From assembly GCA_045837725.1 (NCBI GenBank), contig JBEWZL010000235.1, forward strand, positions 248,001 through 312,000: a stretch of 64,000 nt of DNA. The letters run 5' to 3'. Both the position numbers and the translations under genes were made by a program. Below are positions 38,760-51,513 of the stretch, one piece after another (the stretch's first letter is position 1; every line of letters begins with the position of its first letter). The notes under the pieces were generated by a model that saw only the letters and a program-made list of their open reading frames with translations, did no database searches and was not told where the DNA came from. The DNA is from Vermamoeba vermiformis (lineage: Eukaryota).

Positions 38760-39336
38760 GTTGCGGTCTGTCTAGCAAAAAATTGGACTGATTCAGTACA
38801 GCAGCGGCCGCCGTAAATTATCGGCGCAGTGTTTTCGTCGGAGGGTTTTCCTTATATGGAAGCTATATAATCTCCAGCGCTGATTATGCGCGAGTTCCGA
38901 AACCGTACCATTTCGTTCTGGGTAGGACATCTGCACAAGTTAAAAGAGCTTATTCAATTTTGTTCTTCAAAAAATAATCGAAATTACTATCAGTTGTAGG
39001 TATAATTGTGGATGCATATTTTACCAAAATTATCTTACGTTATGTTTGCAATAAATTTGTTTATCCTTTTTTAGATCAGACAACAAAAAGTACGTTTCCC
39101 CAGCGGGGTTACCCGTGACTGTTCTAAGCTCGTAAGGACTTAATAGCAGGCCAGTAAGTCAATAAATAAATAACTTAAGCAGCTGTTTGATTGCAATGTC
39201 TGCGCAAATCCACGCAATACTAAAAACAAAAAAAATTATAATTTATTTGTCCCTTGTGACAAATCAACAAGTGCTATTACCGTAGCACATTACTATATTT
39301 TCAATTCTTTGAGTCTATTGGATCTGGAGATTGCGA

Positions 39337-42300
39337 TCACACAACAGCTGTGGTAGTTTTAGCGGTAGCAGCAGTGTTGGTCTGGGAACTTTTCGTCGAG
39401 GACTTCATTTTTATGGAACCAGATGATGAAGTCAAACCGCTAAATTTGCGCACGTTGGTCAAGATGAGAAGCGTTACTCCGACGCCGATCTCGATCACCA
39501 ACAAGATCACTAGTTACAAGTCAGTTCATTTTTGCTCTGCTTAAAGAACAAGCTATTGCGTAGAGAAGATAAATCTTACCGAGCGAAAGGATGTTGTTTT
39601 GGTAATTAACGATGAGCAGCAGCAAAAAGTAAAGACATTGCACCAGAAGACCTGTGGCGCTGATCACGGTTGTCCGAAGCGTCTATATAGTAGGTAGTTA
39701 GTATAAAGATTTAATACTGAAATTAATTAAAAGTCCTTAATTCCAGAAATAGACAATCAAGTTTAGGCGGGAGATTGAATTGAGGCGTACTCTTTGTTTG
39801 GCCTTGTTTTTGGCTTTGATCTCGCTATTTCTGGCCATCAATCTCGTCGCCTTGATACCGTAGATCGCGAAGCAGAGCATTAGCGCGAAAGATATTGTTG
39901 TCACAAACAAGCGGTAAGCCAGAGCTATTCCTGCACTATAATCGGGTTATCAGATATTGCTCCTCTTGTTGTATCTCCCATATACCTCGTAGTTATGTCG
40001 TAAGTAACAAGCAAGCCATTGCATTGAGTTGTTGGAGTAGGTCGCAATGTCTCGTACAATATAATCAGCAGGATGAATATGATGTAGATTACGGCATTGG
40101 CTATTGCCGTGATGCGATACAACATCTTTCTCGTTTCTTTACCAACATCTAGTGTTGATCTCATTGAGACTGCCCTATAATCGAAGTTAGCCATGCGAAA
40201 TTTTTTTGATCCTTTCTAAACCGTACCAAACAATCACATAGATGCTCAACGTAGAGAAGTAAAAGAAGGACGGGAGCTCGATCAACACGTATTCTCCGCG
40301 CGACTCAAGCACGAAGACATTGCCTACTAACAGCAGGAAGTATAACAGTCGGACTAAGTTGATCGTGGTGTTAGTCTGCGGTAGTGCTTGCAATCGGGTA
40401 GTTACCAAAGAACAGTGCCGCAAGGAATACATAAATGAATATTTTGATCTGAGTGTAGAGGCCAAAGCGGAACATCTGCACGATACAATAGACGCTGAAT
40501 AGCAAGTTGAACCCGTAACAAATGATCACGGTGATGATGAGCCCGAGCTCTGCGGGAGTAAATTCCTAGCAAAGGGTTAGATACCTGACTAAGCAACAAA
40601 AAGTGGCTACCATCTTCGGAGTCTCTTGTTCCCACTGACCGATTCTCTGAATGAAGAAATAAACGTTCGAGTTCAAGTCACCATTATAATTAGTCACGTT
40701 GTAAATTGAAGCACAGAAGTGCGTGCCGTTCCAAGTGACTGGTAGTGAAAGTGGCACGATTGATTTGCTGTCAGAGTTTCTGCGCAACATTAGGGTCATT
40801 CATTAAAGATTGCCCGTTGTACTTACCCTAATCCAACATCTGCTACTGAGTACTTGTTAGTGTCAATGCTTGAGACGTCTCCTTGAATGCAGATCAGTGC
40901 TCGTTCAATCACGCCCTCGGAGTCAAAGTCGAACGACAATCCATCTGAAGCGATTTTACCAATCGTTGCGTTGTTGCTGTTTCTTATAGAGCGCTCATTA
41001 TTGTCGGCGTTGAACGACAAAAAGAAGTTGGAGAGCTTGTCCTGTTGCACTACGTTGAACTCATTAGCGCTTATAATAGCGTTCTGTAGAAGCGTGCACA
41101 TTGATGCGCTGAACTGCAGGTCGTCTGAAGAGATCTGAACGTCGGCTTGAAGCAACTTTAAAACACGTTGTTAACCAGGTGACAAGCTAGTCCCTTTGCA
41201 TTACTCACGAAGATATAGTTCGGGACACCGCGGCAAATGACTTGTTGAGCAATGGATGTCGAGGGATTGTAATCTTTGAAGCACGCGTCTGACCTATCTC
41301 CATCACTAGCACACGTGCATGCAATAGTATTGAGCAGCTCTGAGACCTGACTCGATCTAAGTGCAAAAGTGAATTAGTACCCGCCATTTGTTGACCCAGT
41401 TTACGCGTTACAAAAGTAGCTAAGACTTGCCTGCATTTGGCCGATGCACTCTGCTCGACACTGTAGAGGTCATTAATGACTTGCGTGCTCTTAGCAAGGA
41501 AGCCGTTGATGTCCCATATCACTTTAGGTTGGCCGTAGACCAGATCCAAACTCCTATTTTTCCACTGCATTGTCGCTACTGTGCCATTTTCCCACCGCGC
41601 CTGTAAGGTTGTTTACATTAGCATACCATTAAATGCTCGGTGTACACGTACCGCTTGCCAACGGAACATTATTCCGAAAGGGTAGAGAGCTCTTCCACCC
41701 AAGGCGTTGCATTGTGATAGGGTTAAATTGGCGAAAGACGTGCCATCAGGAAAGTTACAGTTAATTTTGTTCAAGTCTAAACACTCTTGGGACGAATGCG
41801 ACCCTTTTAACGTCGTGTTAGTACTACTAATTATGAATTGAATATTGACTTACGTGTGATCCATCGACCACCGCTCACTTCATTCAGACACTGGGTCTCG
41901 TCCGCTAATGGGTCGTAACAGCCATTCCCAACAAACACTCGTGCAACAGTGCCATTGAATTGTGAAAAGCCACAATCAGATGTCGGAGTTGACATATCAA
42001 CGCATTTACCAATGTCGTCGAACACCGAGTCATTGCAATCACCTGCTTGACTGCACTCCTCTTTAGTGTTACACTCCACTCGTGCGTTTGTAGTGTTATC
42101 ATAGCACTTAGATGAGCAGAATCCAACATCGGAGCATTGTCCCTAACACCTTAATTAGCAACTAACATTCCTTTCCATTAAAGGTACTCACGACAGGGTC
42201 ATTGATTGAGAATTGAGTTCCGTTCGACAAAAGGCAAACGACTCCATTGCATGTCTCTTGAGTAAAGGCCGCGTTCTGTATGTCGAATTAGAAACTCATC

Positions 42301-45300
42301 TGCAACGTTATCACAGTGCTACCTCGTTGCAAAAAGCCTTTTGAGGGTTGCAAACGGCACAGAAGTCCATAGTCGGTGCGTTTGTAATGCACGTGTCATA
42401 CGCTTGTTGGTACGGCTGATTGATGCTATCCGCGGACCGCCAGTTGCACGAGTAAATCGGGCACGACGTATTGGTAGCCTCCTTGATCTATGGCGACATA
42501 ACCTAGATTAGGGCTAACCCTCATATTATTGGTAAAACTCACGTCATAACGGAGCCAAATGGCGTCAAAGTATTGGCACGCAACGAACTTCAATGCTTGC
42601 TGCCATTCTTCAATAAATTCCGAGAACTCTTGCGTAGCATTTACTGTGATATTGTACGATGGAGCTAATCGATCAAGCAATGAAGGGTGTGCTTGGTTGA
42701 GCGTGCACTAGTGATGAAAATAAGTTCGGTCGTAATAAATTAACCTTGATAATGCTCACCGATGTACGATCAAAATTTTCATTGATGTCGACGCACACTG
42801 AATCGTTGAGCAGAAATGCATTAAATTCTGCGAACTAAAGAGACCGTTAGTTCAGTCCGTATGATTATGCTACTGATCTATCTTACGCTAATAAAGTTCG
42901 AGTCACAGCCCAGGACTGGATGACTTTGTCGCACTCTGAAGTAACTTTCAACCAAGTTTGACACGCATTGCGGGGCGTAACACTTGTCTTGAATAGCACT
43001 CGATGACACGCTGACAAGAGACGCAGTGGTGAAATTGACCTCTTGAGGCACGCACACCACAGTAATGTTGCTCGCATCTCCTGTGGGCAGACCTACCCAG
43101 TTCTGTAACGGCGAGTTGGTTAATAACATACCCGCTATAATTTGTTAGCCAAGACATACCCAGTTTGTAGGCTGAATGCAGCACGGGTCACTGTCAAATG
43201 ACGGATCGTTCTACCAAAAGTTAGAAGGTCAAATCGCTAGACATGCCAATCCTTACCACATCTGACACGCATCGGTCCGTGAACACCGTCTGTTGCTCTC
43301 GCTCGGACGTCAACAAGCTGTCTGCAAACGCTTGACAAGCCTCGTACGAATCGTATGAGATCACACCATTGATCTGTAATAAAATAAAAGCTTTAGAGTA
43401 AAATAACAAAAGTTCTAAAGAAGTCGTGACGTGTACCTCCAGGCGCAGTGAATTCACGGCAAAATCTTCGCTGGTCGAAGTCAGCGAGCTAAGAATAGAA
43501 GCTACTCGACGGTGATGCTCGTTGAATCGTTGAAAGTTACATGCCGGTAGCTCTTTGGGCAAAAAAGTAGTGCTCATAACAATAGGCTAACACGACATTA
43601 GTACTCGAGAAGCAAGCACATTGAACTTACGTTTCCTTGACTGTCCGCTAGTTTTCCTACAAAGTGCATCGATGCACCTTCAAACTGTGCAGGAGTGATG
43701 CGTCTGAAGCCGTACTGGTTCAATTTGCGTTCCGAGAGCACCACTGCCACCGCGTACTTCGAGCTCGAAAGATCACTAAATTGGACATGTCGCAAGCTAT
43801 AATAGTTAAGACCATTAGTCACTAATTAATATTATTATGATACTAACTTTGCAAAGTTGTCTCTGATGATTCTTGGGGGGCTGGGTAACAGCGGATTTAC
43901 TTCCGATCCACTAAATAAGTGCCAATAACCATCACAACCGTTCTTATAGAAGTCAAATGAGTCGCACATTAGGCGATCAGTATTTGTAGTGACCAATGAA
44001 GTGCCTCGAAGCGCGTACTGAAGTGCATTGGGCTGGAACTCTGAGATCGGTCGCGTAAACAACCAGCCTGAGAACAATATATTAAGCTCCTCATAGTATA
44101 TTAACAAAGAGCTTTTTACCTGGATTGGTCGAAACCGCAATTGTATAATAGTAATTGGATCCCTCTGGAAAGATGCGCGATCCAGGAACTCCGATGTTCA
44201 GGTAAGAGTCATTCTATCAGACTATTAACCTCGCGCATAAACAATATTTCCACCTACATTCGTGATACAAAAAGAGAACGTAGTGCCCTGTACAGGATCC
44301 AGTTGGAGATGGAGCGTTGAGGGATTCGATCCGTCCGTCACAAAATTCGGATAGGGGTTTGTCAAAGATACAATGCTATGTAAGCGTTAGAGTTATTGAT
44401 AAGGCGAGTTAATTAAGACTTACTAAGGTAAGTTGGCGAAAACAGACACGGTCACAGGGCACTGTTGCGGCAACTTAAATGAATAGAATGTGTCCTTCAT
44501 TGCATCGTCAGGCAGTGTAGCAGCTAGCTCTTGATCGTCTTGCAAACATGTATGTGAAGAAGTTGCTGCCACGCAATTTTCAAGGGGCGGACTGGTCTCG
44601 AAAGGCAACGCTAAACACGAGGCGTAAGCTCAAAATAAAGCTGGTTTAAATTTAGTACTTACGTTTGACTCGAAGAGACAATGAATATGCTGTATCATTC
44701 CAAGTATATATAGTCGGAGAAACTCGGATTATAAAATTTAAACCAAGCATCCGAGGAAGTCCGCTAAAGTTCGGGCAGAACAGGACGGAATCAGGGTTTG
44801 TTTGATAGCTTTTAAATGCGTAACTAATAAATGCGTCATCGCCCACTGCTTCATATTCGGAGGCATAAACAACCTCTAACTGAAGATCTCCGTTGTCAGC
44901 CAAAAGTTCAATAAAGTACACGTCGCACGAACTGTTGGCACCTAAAATCCAACATTAATAAAATACGAATGTAGTAGTCATATTGCTTACTAATAAAGAA
45001 CGGATGATATTGCGGCTGTCGGTCGTACATGACGTTCCGAATTGGGGAGGCGTTTGGAAGAAGCTAAAAAGAATTCATGAGAACTCAAATATTGCCAACA
45101 TTAATTCAAGTATACTTACAGCAGTTAAATTACAAACCGCTGAAATTGCGCACGGACAACGCGGATCGTTCAAGCGACTACCAGCACATGTGTCAGGATC
45201 CGTGTAATCACATGGTGGACAGCCAGTAGTATGAGGCGTATCTTCTACGCGACACTCTAACGCACAGTGGCCTAAAAAGGAAAAGGTGAAATTCCAATTT

Positions 45301-45650
45301 TGACGCGTGTCACCCCAACACTTTCTGGTCCCAGTCTATCTTACCAATCGTCTCAATGATCGAAAGAGATTCGTCGAACTCAACTTCATACACGCCCTGA
45401 TTACTAATCAGCATAAAGTAAGACGTAAAACTAAAATAAAATTGTAACTGACCAGTTCAAACCTTGTGTCCAACGAATCCACTACTTTCCTCTTTTAAGA
45501 AGGTTAGTCCTAGGGTCTTGCACTGAACTATATTTAACAAATATTTACCTGATGTGTGGCACTTAAAATACTAATGGCTTCAGCACAGAGCAGGGCATCC
45601 ACCAACAGCAGATAGAGTCCGATCAAAATATAAGAGCTGATTCGCGCCAT
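39337..45650 (-). CDS. Large Cys-containing ectodomain + C-terminal 7TM (TOM1/GPR137-like) receptor-like protein
   Basis: Signal-like MARISSYILIGLYLLLVDALLC and many exons with Cys-rich segments. The TM region reads ELGLIITVIICYGFNLLFSVYCIV...VRLLYFLLL...YVLIELPSFFYFSTLSIYVIVW. The Ser/Thr tail ends with TGA at 39337. Confidence 0.72.
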
Positions 45651-46200
45651 ACTGAATTGAATTCGCCAACAACGTGGTGCTGCTGTGGTGTCTAATGAAC
45701 TGTCTGACGTTGAAAACATAATTCAATTTTCAATCCGTCTCGTGCTTGACGGAAGTACGACGGTGATAAAATTTCTAATTTCGACATGTTGACAGCACTG
45801 CATCGATCAAATTTGAAACCGTAAGGTGCATACTTACCAAAAACGCTTACATGATCTAAACTGGGCTATTGGATAGAACTGCAAAAACTCCAACAATAAA
45901 TTTTGTGACTTCAAATTTGGCAGCGGCGATGAGCGGATCTGAATCGTCATTTTCAAACTAATTAACTGCGCTTAATTAATACTTGTATATATGTATAAGC
46001 AGTACTTACATGATCGCCGTTGCTTTCTGTCGCGTCCAAACACTTCACTCGACCGGAATTTCACTCAGGAAAAGTCCAACGTTGAATTATAAATATAACG
46101 ATGGTATATATATATAAGACGTATACTATAATGCTATCGTGTTATGGTTTTTAAGTTAGTTTACCTGATGAATACAAATCTCGTGTGTTCGTTGGTGTGT

Positions 46201-48020
46201 CTAACCAACAATGCTTCTCCAGAGTGCCTCCCAAGTGAAATCTTGCCACCACTTGCTCTTGTCTAACAAGTGGAACACGATCTCGATTGTGATGAGCAGG
46301 GCGATGATAATTTCAATGCGGAACACTTTCTTCTCGTGGATGTCGCGCATGACAACTTCCAAGTTACCATAAGCAATGTCCAATTTACGATTAGCCAAAG
46401 AAACACTAAAAATATATTAATAAGCAATAATAATATAAAAAATTTGGTGCCGTACCGTTGTTTGACTTCGAGGGCCTTCTCCATCTTTTCGAATAATTTC
46501 TCGTGCTCGGGAGCCTCCCACAAGTACTCTGGGGGCTCTAAGACCTTCGACTCGATGTTCAACAAGTATCTAAAGTACAAAATCTGCGCCATTTGTTTGC
46601 TGCACTGATTTTGGTCGCTCAACTCGGGAGGTAGAACTGACCATCAGCGTTAATAAGCTGCATTAACCGAGCATTCTTGTGACGTACCTCCTTTGTTCAG
46701 GTAATCAGGGACACGGGCACCAATCATTGTAATTGTCTTTTGCATCGCATCTTCAATAGCATCACACTTTACAGAGCTACAACACGATGTCAGAAAAATC
46801 GATTTAATCTTTAAAATGACGACAGACTACGTACCGAGCAATACCGTGCGACAAGGCTAACTTTTCGTTGAATTCAGTGGCAGAGCTGACAGTCACTACG
46901 TCGTTCACGATATCGACATCCGGTGACGGATCGTACTCGAAGTGAATGTATTCGTTGTAAGTGCGACCATAAGGCTTGACTTGGAAGGGCTTGAGCTCCG
47001 ATAACAATGACGCAGCATCGTCTAAATATGACGAATGAAAATTAATCGATCGGAAATCACACCAGCACCAGCTACTTTGCGAATATGCCACGTGCATGCT
47101 ATATTATATAAATGCATATAGTATCGACGTACCTTCAGTAATGGCCCATCCAACTACAACACCTTCTTCGAATATGAAATAATCCTTCACCTCTTCGCTT
47201 CCCGCTTGTGTGAAGGCAGGGGCATCGGGCTTATCCGATTGAGCAGCGCTTGAGATCTATTCATGAAAATAATTAGCCGTTGTTAATACTATCTTAATTT
47301 AATATATATGATGCTAAGGTGAGTTCATTCGGAATATAAAACTTACGTGCAAGTGCAACACACCAGGGCTCCAGTTACGAGGACGAGCCAGACGTTTCTT
47401 TGGATCTACACCAGCACGTGTTTGCAGCCAATTGCTAAAAGCGGCAATGTCGTATTTCTCGGCCGATGATATTGCTAATATCTATGATAAAAAATACAAC
47501 GTTAAAAATAAAATTCCCAAAATGATTTGTAGCCTAATAAACAAATCTAGCTCCTCATTATGCGCAAGTAAATTAAAATGATAATAATTTTTCGATCAAA
47601 GTAACTGCAAATTGTTTCAGGGAAGCACGATCCAGAGAAAAAAATTGGTAAAATTGTAATTACGGTTCTTACTCTTCGAGCAGCATCGAGCTTCTTCTCT
47701 TTTCTCTTTTCTTTAAATGAGGATGACGCATAATATTTACAAAAAATATTGGAGCCCAATAGAGGTGAAATTGCAATACTTTTCTTTAGATCTGCTCTTG
47801 GGATAGTATCAAAAATGCTGCCACGAGTTACTTTAGTATGTATTTTATCCTAGAATATTAATAACAAATTAATCTATGAATATTTTAGCCTAGATTTGCT
47901 GCTTACATTTTTCTGCTTGGCGCGGAATATTTGCGGCAGTGTTGCCGTACTTTGTTTATTACAAAATGTGCCAAAAGATCGTGCGTTAAGTACTCTCGAG
48001 CATAGCCTACTCGAAAACAT
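46201..48020 (-). CDS. RMD1/RMND1 (DUF155) family protein with a presequence-like N-terminus
   Basis: MFSSRLCSRVLNARSF..., YFIFEEGVVVGWA, EKLALSHGIA, LEPPEYLWEAPEHEKLFEKMEKALEVKQR, ANRKLD, RIEIIIALLITIEIVFHLL. Confidence 0.85.
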
Positions 48021-48343
48021 CGTGCCTTGTGGTCAGATCTTCTACTGCAAAAAACAAAAAGACAATTTTCCATCGGACTTTCTTTAAATTAGTTGAACTT
48101 TATTTCTGAGCATAATAAGATCATATGAATAATAAATCAGGTCTCTTACATGCTTTGAATTTACTGCAACGGAGATCCGCTTCGCCTAGCATTCCAATCT
48201 GACATTGAAACATGAAAAGAGTATGCTCGCAGCTCTGATCGGAGTTGAATTAGCCAATTATATCACTTTTCAATCACTTCAGTCAAAACTAAGCTGAAAC
48301 AAGCCCGTGTAATGGATGGTTGATAGTATCAACCAACTAATGA

Positions 48344-49339
48344 CTAATGTGACTTTCGCATTGAATGAGGTACTAATTTCTCGAGTAATATTAATGAAGG
48401 TCCGTTCTTTGTATTGTTCGGCCAGCAATTCAAGAAAACAGTCCAATGATCTGGCGGCAAAGTTTTGATCCACTCGAGAATTTCTTTCTCTTCTTTAGAA
48501 CCTAATAGAATACATGCTTTTAGTACCATATGAAATGGTATAATATCTATATACCTTCTGAGTGCCCTGGATAGCATGTAATTGAGATCCAGGAACCATG
48601 TGGTAGCAACCTCGTAGCAGAATGTAGACTCTTCATAGTAGATGAAGTTTGGGTAACAATTCCTTTATCACCGCCAGGTAGGTATCTATTTATAACATTG
48701 TTGTCAATCAAGCTGCCTTAGTAACGAAAAATCAACTTTGTCTTAATAAGATCCAATGCGAATACGCTATTAATCGTGACAACGTACCCTAGATTGTATG
48801 CTATAAGCTTCACTGACCGCGTTATATAGGATTCTATATTCTCATGGCTCATCTAGAAAGAGAAATCGAGATCAGCTTTTTTACTTAAATTAGTGGGGTG
48901 ATTGGTTACCTTTATCAATTCGATACGCTTATTCATATTTGGATCGGTTATTTCCTTATTTAGGAGCTCTTTGGCACTGTCCAACGCGACTTGTTGAACG
49001 TCCATCGAAACAACACGACCAGATTCAGGTGTCAACGCGTGGCGCGCCAAAAATAGCGTATCTTTTCCACGACCACATGTAGCATCTACATCTTTGTTAT
49101 TAGCATGTAGTCAAAGGCAACAGAAAGTAAAATCAGATCTGATTTCGCATTTCTTTGAGCTTGTGGGATTTGCATGCAATAAAGTACTTTAATGCCAAAA
49201 ATTTATTTTTATTGCATATTACGGTATATTATTAAAGCAATGGTGGATTTGTGAGCTTACCAATTACATAATCGCCTTTTTTCACGATCGAGGCCCAATA
49301 TGAATGTGCAAGCGCTACTACGTTACGAGTACGCTCCAT
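48344..49339 (-). CDS. YtqB/MnmM-like SAM-dependent RNA methyltransferase
   Basis: Spliced text [61 protein letters not shown] and ITCYPGHSE matches my recollection of the family motifs. Confidence 0.85.
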
Positions 49340-49485
49340 AATAATATTAATAAAGAGTGTAATATATTTAACTAGCAAATTGGAGTTCCCGTGTGTTGTA
49401 GATCTTTTGAACAACAGTAAAAAATTACTTTTATTTTCAATCACAACTGAAGACCCACCGATCATTTGTATTATTATTCTTCACC

Positions 49486-51453
49486 ATGTGGCGTAATGTA
49501 GGCTTGGGAAATATAGTTGAAGCATTCACTACTGCACGAGCACATAATTCCGTGCGAATGGAGATCCGAAATTACTCGACGGCAAAAAAAAATCAAATTA
49601 AAGTGCCAGCGGTATTTATGAGAGTAAGGTCGCTAAATTGATCGTAAAATAATTTATTTGGAATATTTTACAAATGTTTTTATTCAAAATCATCCAAATT
49701 TACCAAAGAATTTTGTAAACAGGGCGGTACTAGCAAGTGCTTAATGTTCCAAGAAAAAGATCTACCTAAAGATAAAACTTTATGGGACAAAATATTCCTC
49801 AGTGCAATGGGAAGTCCAGATCCAAACGAACGACAGATGGGTACGAAAACCAAAATACCTTAAAATAATTTGTTATTGACACCATAATATTAGATGGCAT
49901 GGGTGGAGGATATTCATCTGTTTCTAAGGTTATGGTGGTCTCTCCATCGACTAGAAAGGACGTTGATATTGATTATCTGTTCGGTCAAGTCGACATTAAG
50001 ACAGCTACTGTGGTACGTTTAAAACTCAATTAAAGAATTATAAACATATAATATCATATTAAGCTAGCGTATATATTAAATTATAAACGAAAAAATATGC
50101 TGCGGTACCAAATTTCAAAGATATCTTTTTACTGATCTAAATCTGGATCTGATCTGCAAATGAATTCAGCCACAATTACGCCATACGATACTAATACTAT
50201 TATTAAGGAATACACTGGCAACTGCGGTAACTGCACTACTGCTGTAGCACCTTATGCAATTGATGAAAAATTAGTCAAGGCAGTTGAACCAGGTAACAGC
50301 ACACTTTTATAGCACAATAAATACTATTATACTGTAGTATTAATATACGTTGTGTATTTAGAAACAACGGTCAGATTATTCAACACAAACACAAACAAAA
50401 TTATTCACGCGACGGTCAAAGTCAGTGACGGCGAGGCTGAAGTGACAGGTACATTAATGTGCCATAGTATTTCCTTTTATGGTAATATTTGTATTAACAT
50501 ATTCAAAGGTGATTTTGTCACTGAAGGAGTTCCGGGCACGAGTTCACCGGTTGAGATGAAGGTACACTTTTGACCAGTTTTACACCACTATATACTTTAC
50601 TTATTTGGTAATAACTCTGTCACCATGTAGTTCCTGGCACCTGGAGGCTCTAGAACTGGAAAATTATTGCCGTCAGGCTATGTCGTCGATAAAATTGCTG
50701 TCGATAAGGTACCTTGCACAGCGATTTTTGAAACATTTTTCACTGAATTATTATCACCAGCACGGCTACAACACAGTGCCCTGCACTCTCATTGACAGCG
50801 CTAATCCAATGGTCATTGTTGACGGCAAGATGTTCGGCTTGAACGGACAAGAGACCCCAGAAGACATCGATCAGAACAAAAAGTTGCAAGAAGTACTGGA
50901 AATTATTCGCACAAAAGTAAGGCACCACGAACTAATACTGTACATTAGATATTAATGAAAAATAACTAGGGAGGTGAAAAAATGGGTATTCCTTTCAACC
51001 AAAGTTTTCCCAAAGTAATTATTACGAATGAGGCTAAGACATACACATCGCTCGAAGGCGCGACAATAGACAAGAGCAAAATGACTTTTATGGCCAAGAT
51101 TATTTCATTGGGTAACTCAGCTACCATGCCGTGTGATAGTGCTTTGCTGACAGGTCAATTTTTCAGGCAAGTGTCACAAAGCCCTGCCTTTGACAGGTGC
51201 CATTTGCCTCGCGACAGCCGCACAGATTGAAAGTTCTATTGTCCATAATATAATTCACGCGAGTGGCCAAGATTCACCCGCAGACTTCACGTACATCGCG
51301 CATCCCAGCGGAATAATGCCAATCAAAGCCCTGGTCGAGCAGCTCAGCACAGGCGAATGGCACGTCGAGTACGCTACCGTCGTGCAATCAGCGCGTCGAT
51401 TGATGGAAGGTGCCGTGTGCGTGCCTGCATCAATCTTCGATCAAGTCGAATAA
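49486..51453 (+). CDS. prpF: PrpF-family isomerase (2-methylaconitate cis-trans isomerase-like) with an N-terminal extension
   Basis: [102 protein letters not shown]. Confidence 0.92.
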
Positions 51454-51513
51454 ACAAACTTATTTATTAAAAGATATAATACAGGACTATCAGATTACTA
51501 CTAGCAGCGTCTA

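Noticed and set aside
45830-45840. ATACTTACC resembling the U1 snRNA 5' end
   Set aside because: It is not followed by TG or by U1 stem-loops. The motif is simply the reverse complement of a splice-donor-like sequence common in this genome.
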